A DNA stretch of 24,000 bases from Actinomycetes bacterium (GCA_021814565.1 JAKAIC010000014.1:7286-31285), one strand, 5' to 3'; shown: positions 8,026-15,248, numbered from the stretch's first letter. Made by a program: numbers and translations. Notes: generated by a model from the letters alone, not told the origin.

Positions 8026-8042
8026 GCGAGCCAGGAGGAACC

Positions 8043-8255
8043 ATGATCATCAGTTGCGACGGTTGCGTCATGCGCGATCTGGCCTGCACCGATTGCGTTG
8101 TCACCCATTTTCTAGCCCTGCCGGCCCCGCAGCCCGTGGGGGCGGTCGATCTCGGGCCCAATGAGCAGCGCGCGCTCACCGTGCTCCAGGGTTCCGGGCT
8201 GCTGCCCCCATGGCGCATGCGCGAGCAGCCGCACGGGAGGGCTGTGGGTGACTGA
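8043..8255 (+). CDS. Small (70 aa) cysteine-rich hypothetical protein with an N-terminal CxxC-x6-CxxC motif (putative zinc ribbon/knuckle)
   Basis: Perfect AGGAGG 4 nt upstream of ATG 8043. Third-codon-position G/C is visibly high by eye. Sequence MIISCDGCVMRDLACTDCVVTHFLAL... The track shows it only as the tail of a longer 7458..8255 ORF that is antisense to the exonuclease gene. Confidence 0.65.
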   Translation: MIISCDGCVMRDLACTDCVVTHFLALPAPQPVGAVDLGPNEQRALTVLQGSGLLPPWRMREQPHGRAVGD

Positions 8256-8264
8256 TCGGCAACC

Positions 8265-8296
8265 ACCTGCCATCCGGCCGCTGACCGGCGGCAGGT
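8265..8296 (+). terminator. GC-rich hairpin downstream of the small ORF (possible factor-independent terminator without a U tract)
   Basis: ACCTGCC (8265-8271) pairs with GGCAGGT (8290-8296). An inner CCGG/CCGG stem (8274-8277 with 8285-8288) closes a 7-nt loop. It starts 10 nt after the TGA at 8253-8255. No T-run follows. Confidence 0.3.
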
Positions 8297-8319
8297 CAGT
8301 TCACCGCTACAACGCTTGC

Positions 8320-8325
8320 TAGCGT
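8320..8325 (+). promoter_or_regulatory. -10 hexamer TAGCGT positioned for a leaderless ripC-like mRNA
   Basis: TAGCGT is followed by a 6-nt spacer (GTACCG) and ATG 8332. No Shine-Dalgarno sequence is present. Confidence 0.45.
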
Positions 8326-8331
8326 GTACCG

Positions 8332-9372
8332 ATGCAATGGAGCCGGGTTTCAGCGGGAGTAGCGGGGCTGTTCCTGGCCCTTACCACCATCGCCGCTCCT
8401 GCGGGGGCCGCCGAGCGTGATCCCCGGCTGGCCCAGGTGCAAGCCCAGGTGACAGAACTGGAGGCCCGGGCAGAGTCCGCAGCCGAGGACTGGAACAGAG
8501 CCCGCGCCCAACTTGCGGAGTCGCTTGCCAAGGTGACGGCACTGCAGCGGAAGGCGGCGCAGGCCCGCGACTCCTATGCCGCCGTGTCCAAGGACCTCGG
8601 CCGGCTTGTCGGCGGCCTTTACCGTTCGGGCATGATCGACCTCAATGTGCAAACGCTGTTCTCGGATAACCCCACCCAGTTCCTGCAGCAGATGGCTGCG
8701 GTGCAGCAGATCGGCTCCGCGCAGGCCATCGCACTCAAGCGCATCGCTGCCCGACGCCTGAGCCTGACCCAGGCCGAATCAGCAGTGCGTGCAGAGCAGG
8801 TTGTGGCGCAGCGCCTCACCAAGCAGGCGGCGGCGCACAAACTCGCAGCGGATAGGGCCCTGGCCCGGGCCGCCCAACTACTGGGAAGCCTGCAAGCCGC
8901 CGAGCGTGCACGCTTGGCCGCGATGCACAGGGCGCGAGCGGCAGCAGCGGCCCGGCGGGCCACCCACGCCCGTGCCACCGGCACGGCCAGTCTCGCGACC
9001 GTGTCCACAAGGGTGAAGCGAATCCTGTCCTACGCGCTTTCAAAAGTCGGGAACCGCTACAACTTCGGTTCCGCTGGTCCCTCCAGTTTCGATTGCAGCG
9101 GTCTGGTGATGGCGAGCTACCACACCATCGGTATCGGTCTGCCGCATTACGCCCGCGGCCAGTACTCGGCCACGCGACGAGTATCCAGGGGCTCGCTGCG
9201 CCCAGGGGACCTCGTGTTCTTCTTCGGACGCGGCATCCAGCATGTCGGCATCTACATCGGCAGGAACCAGTTCGTCCATGCTGCCAATTACCAGGACGGC
9301 GTAATCGTCACGTCGCTGTCGGATCCGTACTACGTCATGCGCACATCGGGATACGGTCGCGTCGTCCGCTAG
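8332..9372 (+). CDS. ripC: Secreted NlpC/P60 peptidoglycan endopeptidase with an N-terminal coiled-coil domain (RipC-like)
   Basis: Signal peptide MQWSRVSAGVAGLFLALTTIAAPAGAAE. A long Ala/Gln/Arg-rich heptad-like region follows. The C-terminal NlpC/P60 domain has the catalytic Cys in FDCSGLV and His in QHVGIYIG. The position beside the Rv2191-like gene matches M. tuberculosis ripC (Rv2190c). Confidence 0.85.
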   Translation: MQWSRVSAGVAGLFLALTTIAAPAGAAERDPRLAQVQAQVTELEARAESAAEDWNRARAQLAESLAKVTALQRKAAQARDSYAAVSKDLGRLVGGLYRSGMIDLNVQTLFSDNPTQFLQQMAAVQQIGSAQAIALKRIAARRLSLTQAESAVRAEQVVAQRLTKQAAAHKLAADRALARAAQLLGSLQAAERARLAAMHRARAAAAARRATHARATGTASLATVSTRVKRILSYALSKVGNRYNFGSAGPSSFDCSGLVMASYHTIGIGLPHYARGQYSATRRVSRGSLRPGDLVFFFGRGIQHVGIYIGRNQFVHAANYQDGVIVTSLSDPYYVMRTSGYGRVVR

Positions 9373-11165
9373 CCCTGCGTGGCGTACATGGCCTCGATCT
9401 CCGCGGCATGTTCCCGCATCACCACATTGCGCTTCACCTTGAGTGATGGAGTCAACTGCCCACCTGCCTCGGTCCAATCCTCTGCGAGCACGGTGAACTT
9501 GCGAATGCCCTCCGCCTGCGACACCTTGCTGTTGGCGGCGTCGACCGCGTGCTGGATGGAATCCAGCAGGTCGGCATTGGCAAGGACATCCGCAGCCTTG
9601 GCATCCTCGGGCAGGCCGTGCGCCCGTGCCCAGGGGCCGATCGCTTCCGGGTCCAAGGTGATGAGTGCCGCCACGAAGGGCTTGGCATCGCCCACTACCA
9701 GGCATTGGCTCACCAGGGCGTGGGAACGAACGCGGTCCTCGAGCGGCGCGGGCGCGACATTCTTGCCGTTGGCGGTGACGAGCAACTCCTTCTTGCGTCC
9801 GGTGATGAAGAGGAAGCCATCATCATCGATGCGACCGATGTCGCCGGTGTGGAACCAGCCTTCGCTGTCGATGGCCTCAGCCGTGGCACGGGGATTGCCC
9901 CAATAGCCGCGGAACACCACGCCACCCTTTCCCAGCACCTCGCCGTCATCGGCGATGCGCAGAGAGATGCCGGGCAGTGCCGGGCCCACGCTGCCGATTC
10001 GGAAGCGTGAGGCGCGGTTCACACACAGGGGTGCGGTGGTCTCAGTGAGGCCATAGCCCTCGAGCACGGTGATGCCGATACCACGGAAATAGTGGCCCAG
10101 GCGCTCGCCGAGCGCCGCACCACCCGAGATCACCCAGTGCACATTGCCCCCGAGCCGGGAACGGATCTTGCTGTACACCAGATGGTCGAAGAGTTTGTGC
10201 TGCAGGGCCAGGAGCAGTGGCGCCCTGCCCTGCTCCGTGGCTTTGCTGTAGTCGATGCACACGCGTGTGGCGAGATCGAATATGCGGCCCTTGCCTTCTG
10301 ACTGCGCCTTCTGCCGAGCGGCGTTGTAGACCTTCTCGAAGACCCTGGGCACGGCCAACAGGAATGTGGGGTGGGCGATGGCGAGGTCGTCCACCAGGTT
10401 CTTGGCGTCGGGAGCGTGGGACAGCGTGAGCCCCTGATCGACCACCACCACCTGGATGATGCGCCCGAAGATGTGTGCCAGCGGCAGGAAAAGCATGGTC
10501 GAGTTGCGCTTGTCACCGAGGACTTCGGGAATGGCGCTGGCTGCCGCGGTTGCAACGTATTGCAGGTTGCGATGCGTGATCTCACACCCCTTGGGCATGC
10601 CCGTGGTGCCGGAGGTGTACACGATGGTTGCGAGGTCGTCCCAGTCAACGGCGGCACGACGGGCGTCGAGCTCCGCGTCGTCCACTACGGAACCGGCGGC
10701 GGTGAGTTGCTCCAGAGCGCCGCTGTCGATCACCCAGCGATGCGCGACGACCGTTTCCGTGGCCCGCTGCGCCAACTCCAGATGGCGCGGAGTCTCCACA
10801 ATGATGGCTACGGCACCGGAGTCCCGCAGAATCCACTGCACCTGCTCGAGGGCGCTGGTCTCGTACACGGGCACGGTGGTTGCACCTGCGTACCAGATTG
10901 CGTAGTCGAGGATGGTCCATTCGAAGCGGGTGCGGGACATCAGGGCCACGCGGTCACCCGCTCGCACCCCGGCAGCGATGAGGCCCTTGGCCGCTCCGCG
11001 CACCAGCGCATGGAATTCCGCGGCACTGGTGTCGATCCAGTCCTCACCTACGCGTCGCACCAGTGTGATGCGCTGCGCTTCTTCTGTTGCGTTGCGCAGC
11101 AGGGCATCAGTCAGACTCCCATGCTCGGGTAGGGCAAAGAGCTGCGGTTCCGTGGTTTCACGCAT
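9369..11165 (-). CDS. fadD15: Long-chain fatty-acid--CoA ligase (AMP-forming), FadD15-like
   Basis: AMP-binding signature YTSGTTGMPKG, plus GYGLTET and TGDIG...DGFLFITGRKKELL motifs. Track ORF trimmed to ATG 11165 (MRETTEPQ...) because GGGAGG lies 4 nt upstream of it. Syntenic with Rv2187. Confidence 0.9.
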   Translation of the reverse strand: MRETTEPQLFALPEHGSLTDALLRNATEEAQRITLVRRVGEDWIDTSAAEFHALVRGAAKGLIAAGVRAGDRVALMSRTRFEWTILDYAIWYAGATTVPVYETSALEQVQWILRDSGAVAIIVETPRHLELAQRATETVVAHRWVIDSGALEQLTAAGSVVDDAELDARRAAVDWDDLATIVYTSGTTGMPKGCEITHRNLQYVATAAASAIPEVLGDKRNSTMLFLPLAHIFGRIIQVVVVDQGLTLSHAPDAKNLVDDLAIAHPTFLLAVPRVFEKVYNAARQKAQSEGKGRIFDLATRVCIDYSKATEQGRAPLLLALQHKLFDHLVYSKIRSRLGGNVHWVISGGAALGERLGHYFRGIGITVLEGYGLTETTAPLCVNRASRFRIGSVGPALPGISLRIADDGEVLGKGGVVFRGYWGNPRATAEAIDSEGWFHTGDIGRIDDDGFLFITGRKKELLVTANGKNVAPAPLEDRVRSHALVSQCLVVGDAKPFVAALITLDPEAIGPWARAHGLPEDAKAADVLANADLLDSIQHAVDAANSKVSQAEGIRKFTVLAEDWTEAGGQLTPSLKVKRNVVMREHAAEIEAMYATQG

Positions 11166-11291
11166 GGTTCCTCCCAACTCAACGTTAGTGCCGAGTCCGC
11201 TTCATTCATGGGAATTCGGCTGGATGGTCGAATCCGCTCGCCGTGCAGGTGCTCACTACGCTTGCCTGCAACGTGACGACGGGAGATGCGA

Positions 11292-12233
11292 ATGTCCTTG
11301 GCCATCGGTGTGGACCTCGGGGGAACCAAGATTGCAGCCGGCGTGGTCGACGAGGCGGGTGTGATCATCGCAGAGGAACGTCGCCCCACGCCCACGGAAA
11401 GCAGTGAGGCCGTGTTGGCCGCCATGGCCGACGCCATCGCAGCGCTGCGCGCAGCCCACGATGTGTCCGCCGTGGGCATCGGCGCCCCGGGCTTTGTCAA
11501 TGCCCAGCGCGATGTCTTGCTGTTCACGCCCAACCTACCGATGGCCGATGTGGCACTCGCTTCCCGATTGCGAGCGTTGACTGGTTTGCCGGTGGTGGTG
11601 GAGAACGACGCCAACGCCGCCGCCTGGGCCGAGTTCCGGTTCGGCGGTGGGGCTGAAGTGCAGGACATGGTGCTGCTCACCATCGGTACCGGTCTCGGTG
11701 GGGGCATCGTGAGCGGCGGCCAGCTGCTTCGCGGATCCTTCGGCGTGGCCGCCGAGGTGGGACACATCGAGATGGTGCACGGTGGCCATCGCTGCGGGTG
11801 TGGCCTCGACGGATGCTGGGAGCAGTACGCCAGCGGCAGTGCCCTGGTGCGTGTCGCACGCCGCCTTGCGCGCAAGCGGCGCGATGAGGCCACACAGCTG
11901 CTGGCTCTGGGCGATGGCACGCCGGAGGGCGTCAAGGGCAAGCACATCACCCGGGCGGCACGCGCCGGTGATCCCGTGGCCCTGGCTGCGTTCGAGGAAG
12001 TCGGAATCATGCTGGGTCGCGGCATGGCCATCCTGGCCGCGGTTCTCGATCCCGCCATGTTCGTGATCGGTGGTGGCGTGAGTGATGCCGGTGAACTGCT
12101 GGTGGCGCCGGCTCGACGAGCCTTCGAGGACCACCTCACCGCACGTGCACATCGCCCACTTGCCGAGGTGGCTCTGGCCAGTCTGGGCAACGACGCCGGC
12201 ATCGCCGGCGCTGCCGACTTGGCACGGAACTAG
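11292..12233 (+). CDS. glk: ROK-family glucokinase
   Basis: MSLAIGVDLGGTKIAAGVVDEAG matches the N-terminus of Streptomyces GlkA as I recall it. ENDANAAAWAE and the ROK zinc motif HRCGCGLDGCWEQYASG are present. GGGAG lies 6 nt upstream of ATG 11292; ATG 11286 is an in-frame alternative. Confidence 0.9.
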   Translation: MSLAIGVDLGGTKIAAGVVDEAGVIIAEERRPTPTESSEAVLAAMADAIAALRAAHDVSAVGIGAPGFVNAQRDVLLFTPNLPMADVALASRLRALTGLPVVVENDANAAAWAEFRFGGGAEVQDMVLLTIGTGLGGGIVSGGQLLRGSFGVAAEVGHIEMVHGGHRCGCGLDGCWEQYASGSALVRVARRLARKRRDEATQLLALGDGTPEGVKGKHITRAARAGDPVALAAFEEVGIMLGRGMAILAAVLDPAMFVIGGGVSDAGELLVAPARRAFEDHLTARAHRPLAEVALASLGNDAGIAGAADLARN

Positions 12234-12985
12234 CGCGAGCTGCTCTCCAGGCGCCGGATGAACTCCAGGCTGCGCTGGAAGATCACCTGATCGTCGTTGT
12301 CGAGGGTGGCGACGTGGAAGCTGTTCTCCAGCACGATCGAGGCCTTGTCCAGGGCCGGGATATTGGCGGCAAGCCACTGCGCATTCGACGGTTCCACTAC
12401 ATGGTCCTCGGCGCTCACCATCATCAGCGTGGGCTGCTGGACCCGCTGGATGTCGGCTCGCACCACTGCCCACAATTGCTGCAGTTGTACGAAGGCGCGA
12501 ACCGGCATGCGGTCGTAGGCGTGCTCGTCACCTCCGGGGCGCTTGATGTCATTGCCGATCGCCGGCAGGGTGGGAAGCACGAACTGCAACAGTCTGGCGA
12601 AACCGGCACGGCGATCCTCGGTGTGCACCGCCGCATTCACCAGCACGATGCCTGCCACCTGCTCGCCCAGTTCCTCGGCCAGCCGCAGCGCCAAGGTGCC
12701 TCCCATGCTGAGCCCGCAGATGAATATGCGGTCGCAGCCTTGCTGCAGTTCCTGGAAGGCGCCCAGCTCTGCATCCCGCCATTGTCGCCAGGTGCTGCGC
12801 GCCATGTCCTGCACCGAAGTGCCGTGGCCGGGCAGCAACGGCAGCCTCACCGAATACCCATGGCGAACCATGTAATCCGCCCAGGGCCGCATCGATGCAG
12901 GCGATCCGGTGAAGCCGTGGCAGAAGAGAATCCCCGTCCTTCCGGCGTCGTGGGAGAACGGTTCGACCGCGGAATTGTGTGTCAT
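12230..12985 (-). CDS. Alpha/beta hydrolase (carboxylesterase / lysophospholipase-like)
   Basis: HGFTGSP oxyanion region and nucleophile elbow GLSMGG. A late His in NSFHVATLD is consistent with a Ser-Asp-His triad. Trimmed to ATG 12985 (MTHNSAVEPF...). Divergent from plsC. Confidence 0.8.
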   Translation of the reverse strand: MTHNSAVEPFSHDAGRTGILFCHGFTGSPASMRPWADYMVRHGYSVRLPLLPGHGTSVQDMARSTWRQWRDAELGAFQELQQGCDRIFICGLSMGGTLALRLAEELGEQVAGIVLVNAAVHTEDRRAGFARLLQFVLPTLPAIGNDIKRPGGDEHAYDRMPVRAFVQLQQLWAVVRADIQRVQQPTLMMVSAEDHVVEPSNAQWLAANIPALDKASIVLENSFHVATLDNDDQVIFQRSLEFIRRLESSSR

Positions 12986-13079
12986 GTGACAATGCTTGCA
13001 CGCACCTGTCGTCGAGCCCGGCAACTTCCGCTTCACGCGCTGCGGCGGGAGCGATATGGGCCGCAGTCTCGATCTGCCG

Positions 13080-13085
13080 TAGCCT
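13080..13085 (+). promoter_or_regulatory. -10 hexamer TAGCCT positioned for a leaderless plsC mRNA
   Basis: TAGCCT is followed by a 7-nt spacer (TGGCGAC) and ATG 13093. No Shine-Dalgarno sequence is present. Confidence 0.45.
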
Positions 13086-13092
13086 TGGCGAC

Positions 13093-13851
13093 ATGCTGTA
13101 CTGGTTCCTCAAACTGTTCGTGCTGGGTCCCGTACTGCGCACGCTCTTCCGGCCCAAGATCATCGGCAAGCGCAATTTCCCCCGGCACGGCGCGGCCATC
13201 CTGGCCTCCAACCATGTGTCTTTCAGTGATTCGATCTTCCTGCCCCTGGTGGCGCCGCGCCGTATCACCTTCCTTGCCAAGAGTGAGTACTTCACGGGCA
13301 AGGGCATCAAGGGCGCACTGAGCAAGGCCTTCTTCGCGGGCGTGGGCCAGGTTCCCATTGACCGAAGTGGTGGCCGAGCTGCTGAAGCAGCCATCCAGAC
13401 CGGACTGGCGATCCTGCGTCGTGGCGAGCTGCTCGGCATCTACCCCGAAGGGACGCGCTCGCCTGACGGCCGCCTCTATCGAGGCCGCACCGGAGTGGCC
13501 CGCATGGCGCTGGAAGCGGGCGTCCCCATCGTGCCGGTGGCCATGATCGGAACCTACGAGATCCAGCCCACCGGGCGGGTGTGGCCCAGGATCAAGCGCG
13601 TCAAGATCGCCTATGGCGCGCCCATAGACGTGTCTGAATTCGCCGATCAAGCCAAGGATCCGGTCGTGTTGCGCGCCATCACCAACCGGGTCATGGATGC
13701 CCTGCGGGAACTCTCCGGGCAGGAGTACGTCGACATCTACGCCACCAAGGCCCGTCAACTGCTGGCAGAGCAGGCGGCATCGGAATCGGCGGAAGAGGAG
13801 ATCGCGCTGGCCGAGGAGGCCGCCGATGCGGAAGAGGACGACAGCAACTGA
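13093..13851 (+). CDS. plsC: 1-acyl-sn-glycerol-3-phosphate acyltransferase (PlsC family)
   Basis: HX4D motif NHVSFSDS, YPEGTRS motif and VPIVPVA block. N-terminus MLYWFLKLFVLGPVLRTLFRP is typical of the family. The acidic C-terminal tail is low complexity. Trimmed from track ORF 12979..13851. Confidence 0.87.
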   Translation: MLYWFLKLFVLGPVLRTLFRPKIIGKRNFPRHGAAILASNHVSFSDSIFLPLVAPRRITFLAKSEYFTGKGIKGALSKAFFAGVGQVPIDRSGGRAAEAAIQTGLAILRRGELLGIYPEGTRSPDGRLYRGRTGVARMALEAGVPIVPVAMIGTYEIQPTGRVWPRIKRVKIAYGAPIDVSEFADQAKDPVVLRAITNRVMDALRELSGQEYVDIYATKARQLLAEQAASESAEEEIALAEEAADAEEDDSN

Positions 13852-13869
13852 GCGCACCGCCGATCTGAC

Positions 13870-13898
13870 CATGACGGGGACCACGGGCCCCCGCCATG
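13870..13898. terminator. Hairpin in the plsC/pfp convergent gap (possible bidirectional terminator)
   Basis: CATGACGGGG (13870-13879) pairs with CCCCGCCATG (13889-13898) in 9 of 10 positions, with a 9-nt loop. It lies in the only convergent gap in the window long enough (60 nt) to hold a structure. There are no T/A runs. Confidence 0.3.
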
Positions 13899-13911
13899 TC
13901 GTGTCGGTGGA

Positions 13912-15135
13912 TCAGTGAGCGGAGATGGTGCGCCCCTTCGGCTGACGGATCTCCGCGAGCAGTTGCGTGAACCATGGCTCGTCGGTGTTGAAGGGCTTGG
14001 CACCCTTGATGCGCGGGAACTCGATAGCGCGAAGTTCATCGCCCTGTTCCTCGTCCTCACCGATCAGGCCGGCAATACCCGCGAACGCGGATTCCACCGC
14101 TTTGTCGACACAGCGCGCAATCAGGGCCAGGTCCACTTCATTGGCGGCAGCGGCGCGTGCGTAGTAGCCGCTCTTCTGCACCAGCACCTTCTCGGCGCCG
14201 ATGAGCGGGGCGAACTGTTCCGCGAACCACTTGCCGGGGTTGATGAGGTCGAGCTTCACGTGGCCGAAGGGATCACGTGGCACTTCCTCGCCGCGGGCCT
14301 CCATGCTGGCGATGATGGCGTCGAGGCCGGCTCCCTCGGAAAGGAAGATGTTGACGTTGCCGACCTCCTGCATGACCTTGGCCAGGCGCTCGGCCTCCGC
14401 CTCCAGGTTGAGTTCAACCTCTGGCACGTAGACCGCGTGAATCTCCCTGCTGGCGCGAGGCGCGCCGAAGCCTTCCACCCACAACCGCTCGTCGAGCGAC
14501 GTGCGGTAGGCGAGTGCGGTGGCGGCGGTGAGCCAGCCGCAGTGGCGGCCCATGACCTCATGGATGATGAGCATGTGCGGGTTGGAGCTGTGCTCCGAGA
14601 CCACGTTCTCGAAGAAGTGTGCGCCCTCCTCGGCGGCGGTCCAGGCGCCGAGGCTCTGCTTGATGGGAACGATGTCGTTGTCGATGGTCTTGGGCAGGCC
14701 CACCACGGTGAGCTCGTAACCGTTCTGTTCGAGGAAGGCCGCGAGATCGGCGGCTGCGGTATTGGTGTCGTCGCCACCGATGGTGTGCAGCACGTCCACG
14801 CCGTCGGCAACCAGCTGATCGGCCGCCACTCGCTGCGGATCCTGGCCCTCCTCGACGAGACCGCGCTTGACACAGTCCTTGACGTTGGTGAGTTTCACGC
14901 GCGAGTTCTGGATGGGCGACCCGCCGAAAAGGTGGAGACGCGAAGCCTGTTCACGGACCTCGGGCGTCACGACCATCTTGTCGCCACGCAGCAGGCCGGC
15001 GTAGCCACCGCGGTAGGCGATGATCTCGACCTCGGGTGCCAGTTCGGTGTAGCGCTGGATGAGGCCGCCTACGGCAGATGAGAGGCAGGGCGCGAGCCCT
15101 CCCGCCGTGAGCAGTGCAACCTTCTTGATGGCCAT
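13912..15135 (-). CDS. pfp: 6-phosphofructokinase, pyrophosphate-dependent type (PPi-PFK / PFP)
   Basis: 407 aa. MAIKKVALLTAGGLAPCLSS, TIGGDDTNT (GGDD rather than GGDG), GLPKTIDND (Lys rather than Gly) and MGRHCGW. GAAGGGG lies upstream of ATG 15135. Confidence 0.88.
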   Translation of the reverse strand: MAIKKVALLTAGGLAPCLSSAVGGLIQRYTELAPEVEIIAYRGGYAGLLRGDKMVVTPEVREQASRLHLFGGSPIQNSRVKLTNVKDCVKRGLVEEGQDPQRVAADQLVADGVDVLHTIGGDDTNTAAADLAAFLEQNGYELTVVGLPKTIDNDIVPIKQSLGAWTAAEEGAHFFENVVSEHSSNPHMLIIHEVMGRHCGWLTAATALAYRTSLDERLWVEGFGAPRASREIHAVYVPEVELNLEAEAERLAKVMQEVGNVNIFLSEGAGLDAIIASMEARGEEVPRDPFGHVKLDLINPGKWFAEQFAPLIGAEKVLVQKSGYYARAAAANEVDLALIARCVDKAVESAFAGIAGLIGEDEEQGDELRAIEFPRIKGAKPFNTDEPWFTQLLAEIRQPKGRTISAH

Positions 15136-15205
15136 GGAAGCCCCTTCACTCGGATCTGGTGCGGCACGGTCTGGCAGTGCGTGGACAAGGGTATCGGGAG
15201 GCGAC

Positions 15206-15235
15206 TGGCCGTCGTTTCGGGCCGTTTGGCCGTCG
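15206..15235. repeat. Direct repeat TGGCCGTCG x2 (21-bp register) in the pfp/aroG divergent promoter
   Basis: Exact 9-mers at 15206-15214 and 15227-15235, with a third GGCCGT at 15220-15225. The distal copy ends 1 nt before the aroG -10 hexamer. Confidence 0.4.
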
Positions 15236-15236
15236 A

Positions 15237-15242
15237 TAGACT
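15237..15242 (+). promoter_or_regulatory. -10 hexamer TAGACT positioned for a leaderless aroG mRNA
   Basis: TAGACT is followed by a 6-nt spacer (TTCCAG) and ATG 15249. No Shine-Dalgarno sequence is present. Confidence 0.45.
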
Positions 15243-15248
15243 TTCCAG

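Noticed and set aside
7950-8042. LexA SOS box upstream of the repair nuclease (actinobacterial consensus TCGAAC-N4-GTTCGA).
   Set aside because: No TCGAAC/GTTCGA dyad occurs in this intergenic region. The isolated TCGAAC or GTTCGA hexamers elsewhere in the window lie inside coding regions without a partner half-site.
8256-8331. Cyclic-di-AMP (ydaO-type) riboswitch. This type often precedes NlpC/P60 and Rpf cell-wall hydrolase genes in Actinobacteria.
   Set aside because: The gap is only 76 nt, too short for the >100-nt pseudo-symmetric ydaO fold. The gene also has a -10 hexamer 6 nt from its ATG, implying no 5' leader.
11226-11235. tRNA T-loop-like string GGTCGAATCC in the fadD15/glk intergenic region. 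It could be a tRNA gene or an att-site remnant of an integrated element.
   Set aside because: One T of the GGTTCGAATCC consensus is missing. The flanks cannot form a T-stem or acceptor stem on either strand. The gap is ~126 nt with no cloverleaf, and no integrase or direct repeat is nearby. The imperfect inverted repeat GAATTCG...CGAATCC (11212-11235) is more likely a weak operator or chance.
11111-12202. A 363-aa minus-strand ORF opposite the glucokinase gene. Similar shadows lie at 562..1317(+), 5351..6352(-), 5436..6158(-), 12314..13321(+) and 13033..13884(-).
   Set aside because: All overlap well-supported CDSs on the other strand or in another frame. They are Ala/Arg/Ser/Pro-rich, low-complexity translations and lack plausible start contexts.
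13915-15081. A 388-aa plus-strand ORF covering almost exactly the PFK gene on the opposite strand.
   Set aside because: It is the mirror frame of a strongly supported pfp CDS. Its composition (Gly/Asp/His/Val/Leu-rich, many runs) has no domain signature. It is a typical high-GC shadow ORF.
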